Source of the DNA: Anaeramoeba ignava BMAN
Taxonomy: Eukaryota > Protista > Anaeramoebae
Assembly: GCA_028826165.1 (NCBI GenBank)
Contig: JAPDFW010000068.1
Span: forward strand, 124,001 to 188,000
DNA: 64,000 nt
Direction: 5' to 3'
Of this stretch, positions 19,476-31,021 are shown one piece after another. The translations under genes were made by a program, and so were the position numbers. Under the pieces are notes generated by a model, which saw only the letters and a list, made by a program, of their open reading frames with translations, did not search any database and was not told the origin of the DNA. Every line of letters starts with the position of its first letter. Within the stretch, counting starts at the first letter, position 1.

Positions 19476-19875
19476 AATCAAAATTAAAATCAAAATTAAA
19501 ATTTTTATTGTTTTTAAAAAGAAAAGAAAAAAAAATCTTTTCTTCATAATTAAATCATCTTCTTTCATCATAAATAAAATTCAAATTTGTTATTTTCCTT
19601 TTTTTTTTAATAAAAAATTTCTCAAGTTTTCTATTCATTTTTTTTTTTTGGAATTTTTTTAAATGAAAAAAATAAAAGCATTTCAATAAGGAAATTGACG
19701 TTTCATAATTTAATTTTTTTTAAATTTTGTTCGTTCTCTAAATTTTGTTATTTCATTTTGGAAATCATTAAAAAAAAAAAAAAAGTTTTTCCTTTATTAT
19801 CAACTTTCGAATTAAAATTTTGAAAAGAAAAATGAAAAAATTTAAAAATTGAAATTCATTTTTTCATTTTCAAAA

Positions 19876-21663
19876 ATGAATGAAATTATATTTTTTGGTC
19901 AAAATGTATCTCCAAAACTTTTAAAAAATGAACCAAATATAATAGCAAAACCAATTCAATTTGAAAATGAAAATGAAAATGAAAATGAAAATGAAAAACA
20001 AATTAAACAAATTTTATCATCAAATTATTCAATACTTTTCCTTTTTGAAAATGGGGAATTAATTGAATTTTTAGAAGATGAAGATGATTCAAATCAAAAT
20101 CCTGAAAAGATCGAAATCCAAATTGAAGAAAATATTCAAAAAGTAACTGTTGGTTTTGAAAATGAAGCTATTTTAACAAAAGAAGGAAATGTATTTACCA
20201 AAATTTTTGATATTAATCCAAATAATTCAAAAGAATTTATCAATATTTCATCATTAATTGAAGATAAAAATGATAGAATAATTCAAGATATTGTTTCTGG
20301 ATACAATTCAATTTACTTATTAACTTCAAATCAAAATGCTTATGAATTTAGACCAAATAAAGATGGACAATTTGTTTTTGATTCTAATACACTTAAAGAA
20401 GCAGAAAAACCAATTTTAATGATGAAAAATGTTTCTAAAATATTTTCAGGAAATTCTTCAGATTATGTTTTTCTTTTAAATTCAAATCAAGAATTATTTG
20501 GATCTGGATATAATAATCAAGGCCAACTTGGATTAGGAGAATCAAGAAAAGAAGAAACAAAAATCTATGAATTAACCAAAATCCAAAATATTCCAAAAGG
20601 CAAAATAATTGATATTCAATCTGGATATTTTCATTCAATAATTTTGATTGAAGATCAAAATGAAAATCAAAATCCAAAAAGAAAACTTTATTCATGTGGA
20701 GATTATCGATATAATGGACTTGGCAAAGAAAATGAAAATAATTATGAATTTACTGAAATCAAATCATCTTTATTTGAAAATGATGATAATATTATTGATT
20801 TTTCTGTTGGATATAATCACACTTTGATTTTAACATCCAATTCAAAATTAATAGGATTTGGAGATGATTTATATGGCCAATTAGGAACTGGAGATGCAAA
20901 AAATCAATTAATTCCAATTCAAATTGAACTTCCTAAATTAAGATTTAATGAAGAAATTTCCAATTATCATCTTTATTGTGGTGCTTATCATTCATTTCTT
21001 TATTATTCTCCTCCTTCTTTTTCCAATCTTGAAGAAGATTTGATAAAATTATTTGAAAGAAAAGAATTTTGCAATATTTCATTTAAAACCGAAAATGGAG
21101 AAATAATCAAAGCTCATAAATTAATATTGAAATATAGATTAAATCAAAATCAAAATCAAATTGAAAAACTTCAAGAAATTATTTCAAAAAAATCAATTAA
21201 AGAATCAAATCAAATATTTGAAATGATTTATTCAAACAATCCCAAAATAAATCCAAAATTATATTTTGAAATTAAAGAAATTATAAATTCAAATGAAAAA
21301 ATTGAAGAAACAATGAAAAGAATTTATTTAAATGAAAATGAAAATGAAAAAGATTTTATAATTGAAAGAAAAGAAAAACAATATAAATTTCCCAAATTAA
21401 TATTAATAATGAGAAGTGAATTATATCGAGGAATGTTTTTATCTGTTACAGAAGATAAATCTAATAAAGTTACAGATTATAGTGAATTAAGTAATAAATC
21501 ATTTCAAATATTTGAATATTGGATTTATTCAAATCAAATTAAAGAAGAAATTCAAATTACACAAGAAATAATTGATGAATTAGAAACTGGAATTGATTAT
21601 TTTCAATTAAATCAAACAAATCCAAATTTATTTGATTTATTAATTAACAAATTTAATAATTAA
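19876..21663 (+). CDS. RCC1-repeat + BTB protein, copy 3 (intact, intronless)
   Basis: Single ORF with RCC1 repeats followed by BTB motifs. Confidence 0.9.
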   Translation: MNEIIFFGQNVSPKLLKNEPNIIAKPIQFENENENENENEKQIKQILSSNYSILFLFENGELIEFLEDEDDSNQNPEKIEIQIEENIQKVTVGFENEAILTKEGNVFTKIFDINPNNSKEFINISSLIEDKNDRIIQDIVSGYNSIYLLTSNQNAYEFRPNKDGQFVFDSNTLKEAEKPILMMKNVSKIFSGNSSDYVFLLNSNQELFGSGYNNQGQLGLGESRKEETKIYELTKIQNIPKGKIIDIQSGYFHSIILIEDQNENQNPKRKLYSCGDYRYNGLGKENENNYEFTEIKSSLFENDDNIIDFSVGYNHTLILTSNSKLIGFGDDLYGQLGTGDAKNQLIPIQIELPKLRFNEEISNYHLYCGAYHSFLYYSPPSFSNLEEDLIKLFERKEFCNISFKTENGEIIKAHKLILKYRLNQNQNQIEKLQEIISKKSIKESNQIFEMIYSNNPKINPKLYFEIKEIINSNEKIEETMKRIYLNENENEKDFIIERKEKQYKFPKLILIMRSELYRGMFLSVTEDKSNKVTDYSELSNKSFQIFEYWIYSNQIKEEIQITQEIIDELETGIDYFQLNQTNPNLFDLLINKFNN

Positions 21664-21929
21664 AATTAAAATTAAAATTAAAATTAAAATTAAAATTAAA
21701 TTCAAAATTAAATTTAATAATTAAATTTAAAATTAAAATTAAAATCAAAATTAAAATTAAAATTAAAATTAAAATTAAAATTTAAATTAAAATTAAAATT
21801 AAAATTAAAATTAAAATTAAAATCAAAATCAAAATTAAAATCAAAATTAATATCAAAATTAAAATTAAAATTAAAATTAAAATTAAAAAAATAAAAAAAT
21901 AAAAAATCATTTTTTCATTTTCTAATCAA

Positions 21930-24025
21930 ATGTTCCCCGTTGCATTATTGAGTTTAAAACTACCAGAAAACCCAACAAAATTCAGCAATCATTTTTCAAA
22001 TTTAGTTGAAATTTATTCAGCAGTTGGATTAACAACTAAAATTTTTGTTTCAGTTGAAATAAACTCAAAATTCCCGTTTTCACTTATTCAAAAAATTATC
22101 AGTTTATATTATAATACAGCCTCTTATGCAAATCAACATATGAATGCAATTATTACTCCAATAAGATCTGATCTTGAAATTTTATCTAATGGTGATTCAA
22201 CTTTTCCTAATTTTAAAAATTATTATTTTTAAATCAAAAATTTTTTAAATTTTAAATTTTACAATTAAAATCAAATTAGAAAAAGAAATTGCAGTTTTTT
22301 ATGTTCAAGATCAAACATCAGAAAAAAATGGTAAAAATTATCTTTTCTTAATTCAATTTAATTTTATTTCCTTTTTTTTAATTATTTTTTAGTTGAACTT
22401 TTGAATAAAGTGAATGAAACTAGAAAACAAAATTCATTTCCTTTAGTTTCTTTTCGAAAATTAGATTTAATTAAATTAAGTTATACTATTTATTCTATTC
22501 AAAAAAAAATGTGGGAGGAATGCAAATTTACTGATGAATTCAGTAATTAAAAATCAAAATTAAAATCAAAATCAAAAAAATCAAAATCAAAATTCAAAAT
22601 CAATTAAAATTAAAATTCAAAATTAAAATCAAAATCAAAATTAAAATCAATATTAAAATTAAAATTAATATTAAAATTAAAATCAATATTAAAATCAAAA
22701 TCAAAATCAAAATCAAAATCAAAATTAAAATCAAAATTAAAATCAAAATTAAAATCAAAATCAAAATTAAAATTAAAATTAAAATTAAAATTAAAATTAA
22801 ATTAAAATCAAAATCAAAATCAAAATTAAAATTAAAATTAAAATTAAAATTAAAATTAAAATTAAAATTAAAATTAAAATTAAAATCAAAATCAAAATTA
22901 AAATTAAAATTAAAATTAAAATTAAAATTAAAATTAAAATTAAAACCAAAATTAAAATTAAAATAAAAATTAAAATTAAAATTAAAATCAAAATTAAAAT
23001 TAAAATTAAAATTAAAATTAATATTCAAAATCAAAATCAAAATTAAAATCAAAATTAAAATCAAAATCAAAATTAAAATTTAAAATTAAAATTAAAACCA
23101 AAATTAAAATTAAAATAGTTCCTCCAAATTCTCTTTCAGGTATTGTTATTGGGGGAACATTTGATAGACTTCATACAGGACATCGTGCTTTATTAACAAT
23201 GGCTTGCTATTTATCAAGTGAACATATTTTAATTGGTTTAACCAGTAAAGAATTAATTAGATTAATTAGATTAATTAGATTAATTAGATTAAAAATTATT
23301 TCTTTTATTTTTTAAGCTTGGAAATTGATAGAAAAGAAAGAATTCTCAAGCTTTATTGAACCATATGAAACAAGATCTGAAAATCTTTTGAAATTTATAT
23401 ACAGTGTTTCTCCAAAATTAAAACCAGAAGTAGGATTTGAAAAATTGATTATTAAATTTATTATTAAATTTATTATTAAAATTATTATTAAATTTATTAT
23501 TAAATTTATTATTAAAATTATTATTAAAATTATTATTAAAATTATTATTAAAATTATTATTAAAATTATTATTAAATTTATTATTAAATTTATTATTAAA
23601 TTTATTATTAAAATTATTATTAAATTGATTATTAAAATTATTATTAAATTTATTATTAAATTTATTATTAAAATTGTTATTAAAATTGATTTGATTTTAA
23701 ATAGATTGTTCCTTTAGAAGACCCATTTGGACCATCTATTACATCAGATAATATTCAAGGAATTATAGTTAGTGAAGAAACTCAAAAAGGTGCAGAAGAA
23801 ATTAATAGAATACGCAAAGAAAAGAATTTAAAAATACTTGAAATTTTCGTAATAGATTTTGTTTTACAACTTGGAGGTCAAAATCGTAAAACAAAACTAA
23901 GTTCAAGTACTTTAAGAAAAGAAGAATGGAAACGATCTTTTAGTTCATTAACTGAAAATCCATTTTCTTTTAGTTCAATAGGAGAAAATCCATTTACAAA
24001 TTTAACTCAAAATCAAAATAATTAA
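21930..24025 (+). CDS. Phosphopantetheine adenylyltransferase (eukaryotic/archaeal-type PPAT, CAB4-like), 6 exons
   Basis: GGTFDRLHTGH (HxGH), PLEDPFGPSIT, IIVSEETQKGAEEINRIR and KLSSSTLR motifs. Five GT-AG introns keep the frame. Confidence 0.88.
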
Positions 24026-24070
24026 AATTTAAAATTAAAATTAAAATTAAAATTAAAATTAAAATTATTT

Positions 24071-26455
24071 TTAATTTTCTTTTAATTTTTCTTGTTGAAT
24101 TTGATTTAGCAAACTTTCTGCTGTCAAAATTTCTGTTGTTCCATAAATTAAATTTTGAGTAATTTTTTTAATTTCATCAAATTCAATTAATGTTCCACCT
24201 CCAACAATAAAAACAATAAATTCTTGATATTCAGTTAATTTTGGATTGAAATCTTCAAAATGGAAAACATCAAAACAATTTGGAATATCTTCTCTTGCTT
24301 TTTCAGATTCAATAATTGATGATATTAGTTTTGAAACATAAGATTTCAAGTTATTTTTCTTGATATTTTTTGATCTTTGTTGGATTTTTTGGAAAGTATT
24401 ATTTGGATCAAGAATTGAGTATTTTTTCTTTTTAAAGGATTCAGTAAAATGCTTTATAAAACTTAAATCATCTTGTTGATTGTCGATTTTTTTAAGAAAG
24501 ATTTGTAAGTTATCCAAATTTGTTTGTTTTTTAGCGAAAAAATGAATGAGAATCAGTCGAATTTTATCTATTCTTTTTATTTCTTGAGATTCTAATAACT
24601 TCATAATTTCTTCATCTTCTGTTTGTGTTTGTTTTTCTGAGCTCATGATCATATTTTCAAGTTCGTAAAATTCATCGAGTTTTCTTGATTGAATTTGTGA
24701 CATAATTGAAGTGCAAATATTCGAGTGTTTATCAAGCTCTTTTTTATTCTTTTGGAGATTTGGAAGTTCCTGAATTGTGTTTGTTAATTCTTTTGTTGTT
24801 TCAAAGAAATTGACTTGCGATAAATTTGCAAGTTTATCTCTTTTATTTTTATAATTTTGAGTTTTTTCTTCGATTTTGTTCACAATTTCTGGAAACGGTA
24901 AATCATTATTAGCTTTCCAAAAATCATCGTCTTCATGAAGACGATATTGCAATGTTTTGAATTTGCTATCTGAATTTTGTGCTTGATTTGAATTGCTATT
25001 AAATAATTCATCTTTCATGTCTTTTTCTTCTTTTTCAATTTTTAAATTCACAATATTATCATTCACTTTTAATGTATCATAAACAAGTGCATTATAAATC
25101 CAAGAATGATGAAGAATTAAATTAAAATCCACAAATCTATCCAATATTAACAATAATGATTTCTGGTTATTTTTCATTATGTTTTCTTTTAATAGTTTGA
25201 ATTCCTTTGATTTTTTTAAATTTTCTTGAATTCTTTGATTCAATTGATTTCCAATAACACTTGCTGCACTTTCTCGTGAGCATAGTATTACAGGTGTTGT
25301 GTTTAGTAAAGAAACTACTGAGAAAAGTCCATCTATAATTGAATCAATTGTTTTTTTTGTTTTTTCAGTGTTTGATGTGTTTAGATATATTTTTGAATAT
25401 GAATTTTTAATATCAAGTGTGAAAATTTTTTCTTCAATTGAAATGAATTTTAAATAATGTTCGTAAATTTTGTTCATTTTATCACTTTGATTTGTTTCAT
25501 ATATTCCTTTTGCAAAATGATAAAGTAATTTTTGTGGGATGTATGGAATAAAATTTAGATAATATTGATCGTATAAGCCTAATGAGATATCCTATAATTT
25601 TATAAATAATTTTATAAATAATTTTATAAATAATTTTATAAATAATTTTATAAATAATTTTATATTTAACTTTATAAATAATTTTATAAATAATTTTATA
25701 AATAATTTTATAAATAATATTATAATTAATTTTATATATAATTTTATAAATAATTTTATAAATAATTTTATAATTAATTTTATAAATAATTTTATAATTA
25801 ATTTTATAATTAATTTTATAATTAATTTTATAAATAATTTTATATATAATTTTATAAATAATTTTATAATTAATTTTATAAATAATTTTATAATTAATTT
25901 TATAAATAATTTTATAAATAATTTTATAATTAATTTTATAAATAATTTTATATATAATTTTATAAATAATTTTATAAATAATTTTATAAATAATTTTATA
26001 AATAATTTTATAAATAATTTTATAATTAATTTTATATTTAATTTTATAAATAATTTTATAATTAATTTTATAAATAATTATATAATTAATTTTATAAATA
26101 ATTTTATAAATAATTTTATAAATAATTTTATAAATAATTTTATAAATAAAGCTTGATTTACTTTTGTTATTATTTCAATATTTTTTAATGAAGATTTGCA
26201 AATATAAATTGCTGGTGAATCTGGAATTGATTCACGAGGTTGATTAATTTGTAATTGTAAAATAATCCCTAATTCTTTTAAATCTTTTATATTAAACAAT
26301 ATTGAAAGAATTTTATGAGTAAATTTATCATAAATTAAAATTTTCCAAATTTCATTCCATCTTTCATTTTCTTGATTTTCTGTTTGATTTAATTCTTTAT
26401 TCAAATTAAAAATTTTTAATAATGCTTTTTTTTGTAAATTTTGTAAAGAAAACAT
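24071..26455 (-). CDS. SLY1: Sec1/Munc18 family protein, Sly1-like, 2 exons
   Basis: WKILIYDK, RESIPDSPAIY, LLILDRFVDF..LHHSWIYNALVYD, LDKHSNI and FIVGGGTLIE motifs. Intron 26161-25592. Confidence 0.85.
25594..26148. repeat. 12-bp minisatellite (ATAATTTTATAA) filling the SLY1 intron
   Basis: Visible tandem unit. Confidence 0.9.
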
Positions 26456-26787
26456 TTATAAAGAAAAAAATGAAAAAATGAAAAAATGAAAAATGAAAAA
26501 ATTTTTTTTGATTTGATTCATTGATTTAATTTGATTTTGATTTTTGATTTTGATTTTAATTTTGATTTTAAATTTGATTTTTGATTTTGATTTTGATTTT
26601 GATTTTGTTTTTAATTTTAATTTTGATTTTGATTTTGATTTTGATTTTGATTTTTATTTTGATTTTAATTTTGATTTTGATTTTGATTTTTATTTTGATT
26701 TAAATTTAATTTTGATTTTGATTTTGATTTGATTTTGATTTTGATTTTGATTTTGATTTTGGATTTGATTTTAATTTTGATTTTGAT

Positions 26788-29700
26788 TTAAATTGCATTT
26801 TCTCCAAAAATTTTTTTAACTATTAATTCAACACCTCTTCTTTGATCAATTTTAACTTGCAAATTCTCTTTAAATTCTGCGATTCTTTTCAATAAATTTT
26901 CTTTTTTAGTTTGAATTTGTGTTCTAAGTTCAATATTCTCAGCGAGCATAATTTTCAATGAATCCATTTCAGTTAAAGCCTTTCTATATGAATTATTTTC
27001 ATTAGCTTCAGCTTGAGGAACATAATCTTTAACAATTTCAATATAATTATAAGGAACAAGTCCGATTTCCTTTGTTTTTAAAGATTTTACTTTCCACCAT
27101 CCTCCTTTTTCTTGTTCATTTTCATTGCTTTCGGTTTCATCATTTGTTTCAAATTTTGTTATTATTTCTACATAATCTCCTTGAATAAGTGAAAGATCTT
27201 CTTCATGAGTTCCTTCAAAATCATAGATTGCAACTGCATATTCTTTTTCTGAAAAGTTTTTTTCAATCATCTAGTCATTTTGAATATTGATTTTAATATT
27301 GATTTTGATATTAATTTTATAAATGAATTTTGATATTAATTTTATAAATGAATTTTATAAATGAATTTTATAAATGAATTTTATAAATGAATTTTATAAA
27401 TGAATTTTATAAATGAATTTTATAAATGAATTTTATAAATGAATTTTATAAATGAATTTTATAAATGAATTTTAATTTTAATTTTAATTTTAATTTTATA
27501 AATAAATTTTAATTTTAATATTAATTTTAATATTGATTTTAATTTTAATTTTAATTTTATAAATGAATTTTGATTTTAATTTTATAAATGAATTTTGATT
27601 TTAATTTTATAAATGAATTTTGATTTTAATTTTATAAATGAATTTTGATTTTAATTTTATAAATGAATTTTATAAATGAATTTTATAAATGAATTTTATA
27701 AATGAATTTTAATTTTATAAATGAATTTTAATTTTATATTCGCTTCAATGTTTGTACTCCAAAAATATATTCATATTCATCTATCAAAGCTTGACAACAA
27801 GAATAAATATGAAGAAGATTTCTACTCTGATTATTATCAAGATCATTATGTGATTTTGTAAGTAATGAAACTGTCGAACGTCTAATTAAACTTGATTTTG
27901 AATCTCTTGGATCTTTCAAAAGTAAAGAACCAAAAACAATTGATAAATTTTTTGAATTCATATTATTTTGTTGTGAATGTTTTGAAACTTTGTTTAAATG
28001 TTGACAAATTAATAATAAAGTTTTATAATTTGATTTTGGAATTGATGACACAATTGTTCGAAATTTTTTCATTTTTAACCAAATTTCTTGAATTTCTATT
28101 TAATAAATATATATAATAATTTATATATCAAAAATATAAAAGAAATTTGAATTGGCAAAAAAATCTGTTTTTGTTTTTGTTTTTTGTTTTTGTTTTTCAC
28201 CATCAGAACTAATAAAAGAATCATAAAATTTCCAAGGAATTAATGGTTCAGGTAATTCATTCAAATATAATTTTAATAAACTTGCAACATCATGAGGTGA
28301 TTTTGTAATTTCTTCAATTTGAATATCATCAGCTTTTATAATATTTTTATTATCAAAAAATTTTTTAATTATATAATTTGAATATAAAAATTATTTATAA
28401 TAAGATCATTTAAATTTACATTTATCAAAAAGTTCTTTTAAATCTTCAATTTTGCTTAAAACTCCAGTTTTTCCATAAATACCATATATATCAATTCCTT
28501 GATTAAAATGAATATATTTTAAAATCAATTCATTAATTTAGTTTTTGAATTTAAATTTTTTGAATTTAATTTTTTGAATTATTTAAATTTTTGAATTTAA
28601 TTTTTTGAATTTAATTTTTTGAATTATTTAAATTTTTGAATACCTTTAACTTCAATAAAACTACAAATTTTTTCAATAACAACAGGAACTTCTCTTTTTC
28701 CTCTTTGAATTGCATTATCAAGATAATATCCAAATATTGGTTTCAACTTAAATTTTCAATTTTGATTTTAATTTTGATTTAATTTAATTTTGATTTTAAT
28801 TTTAATTTTAATTTTAAATTTTAATTTTAATTTAAATTGATTTAATTTGTACTCCAACATTCATTTCTCCTGATCTTTGGAAAATAAGTCCTGTTTTTCT
28901 TTTTAATTTAAAAATTGCTGCTCCAATATTTTTTATTTCTAATTCTAAAAGGGTTTTTGTTCTATCAAGTAAATCTTAAGAATAAAAAGAAAAATATTTT
29001 TTTTTGATAATAAATCATTTTGTTTTGAAAATAAATCAATTTGAAAATAAATACTTTCAGAAACAAATAAATCAAATTCAGTATAATTTTCTGTTAATCC
29101 AAATTCTTTTATTATATGTTTAATTTGTTTAGAAACAGCTTCTTCTTCATTCATTTCAATTAGTTTTGTTTCAGCTCCATAATTTATATTAACTTTCTTA
29201 ATTCTTTTTTTCTTAAATTCAATACTTTCCTGAAATTTTGATTTTGATTTTGATTTGATTTTGATTTTAATTTTGATTTTAATTTTAATTTTAATTTTAA
29301 TTTTAATTATAATTTTAATTTTAATTTTAAATTTTAATTTTAATTTTAATTTTAATTTTAATTTTAATTTTAAATTTGATTTTAATTTTAATTTTAATTT
29401 TATTTTAAATTTTAATTTTAATTTTATAAATGAATTTTGATTTTAATTTTGAATTTTGATTTTAATTTTAATTTTGATTTTAATTTTAAATTTAATTTTA
29501 AATTTAATTTTAATTTTAGTTTTAATTTTAATTTTTAATTTTAATTTTAAATTTAATTTTAATTTTATAAATGAATTTTAATTTTATAAATGAATTTTAA
29601 TTTTAAATTTAATTTTAATTTTTAATTTGAATTTGAATATTAATATTAATTTTAAATTTTAATTTTAAATTTTGATTTTGATTTTAATTTTAATTTTAAT

Positions 29701-30215
29701 TTTAATTTTAATTTTAATTTTGATTTTGATTTCGATTTTGATTTTAATTTTAATTTTAATTTTAATTTTAATTTTAATTTTAATTTTAATTTTAATTTTA
29801 ATTTTAATTTTAATTTTGATTTTAATTTTGATTTTAATTTTAAATTTAATTTTAATTTTAATTTTAATTTTGATTTTAATTTTAATTTAATTTTAATTTT
29901 AATTTTAATTTTAATTTTGAATTGGATTTGAATTTGAATTTGAATTTGAATTTGAATTTGAATTTTCATTTTGAATTTTAAATTGGATTTGAATACTTGT
30001 CTCCAAATTTCATATGAAATTAATGTTTGATTTTCATTCATCCAAAACCCATTTCCACTTGTGCAATAAAGACCATATTCAAATGAATTTGTTATTTGTT
30101 CTGCTTCACAAACCATTTCTTTTAATTCTTTAACTGTTTTTATAGGAGATGTACCAAAAATTTTAGTAGTTTGTTCATAAGGAAAAACTACTTTAACCCA
30201 AAGTGTAACAGCCAT
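26788..30215 (-). CDS. Ubiquitin-like/FERM-like N-terminus + RhoGAP + SH3 + coiled coil protein, 8 exons
   Basis: The spliced product contains VPVVIEKICSFIEVKGIDIYGIYGKTG, HDVASLLKLYLNELPEPLIP, NNMNSKNLSIVFG and the SH3 motif AIYDFEG..DLSL..WW..GLVPYNYI. Confidence 0.82.
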
Positions 30216-31021
30216 TAATAAAAAGAAAATACAAAAATGAAAAAAATGAAAAATGAAAAAAATGAAAAATGAAAAAAATGAAAAATGAAAAAAATGAAAA
30301 ATGAAAAAAGCAAAAAAATTTTTCTTTTTCTTTTGAAAATGGATTTTAATTTTGAATTTTGATTTAAATTTTAATTTGAATTTTGAATTTTAATTTTAAT
30401 TTTAATTTTAATTTTAATTTTAATTTTAATTTTAATTTTAATTTTAATTTTAATTTTGATTTTAATTTTAATTTTAAATTTTAATTTTAATTTTGATTTT
30501 AATATTAATATTAATTTTAATTTTAATTTTAATTTTAATTTTGATTTTAATTTTAATTTTAATTTTAATTTTAATTTTGAATTTTAATTTTGAATTTAAT
30601 TTTTAATTTTAATTTTAATTTTGATTTTGAATTTTAATATTAATTTTAATTTTAATTTTAATTTTGATTTTAATTTTAAATTTAAATTTAAATTTGATTT
30701 TGGATTTAATATTAATTTTAATTTTATTTTTAATTTTAATTTTAATTTTAATTTTGATTTTAATTTTAAATTTTAATTTTAATTTTAATTTTAATTTTGA
30801 TTTTAATTTTGATTTTAATTTTGATTTTAATTTTGATTTTAATTTTAATTTTAATTTTTAATTTTAATTTTAATTTTAATTTTGAATATTAATTTTAATT
30901 TTGATTTTTAATTTAAATTCCATTTTTTTGTTTTTCATTTTTTTGTTGGTTTTTGAATTTGGTTTTTTAATTTTGAATTTGACTTTGATTTTTCATTTAA
31001 ATTTTCATTTGCATTTTGATT

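Noticed and set aside
22600-23070. Long ILILIL/FDFDFD/KIKIKI ORFs here and at 17114-17534, 29255-29890, 42113-42904, 43705-44185 and 55075-56846
   Set aside because: These are off-frame or antisense readings of AAAATY hexamer repeats, not genes.
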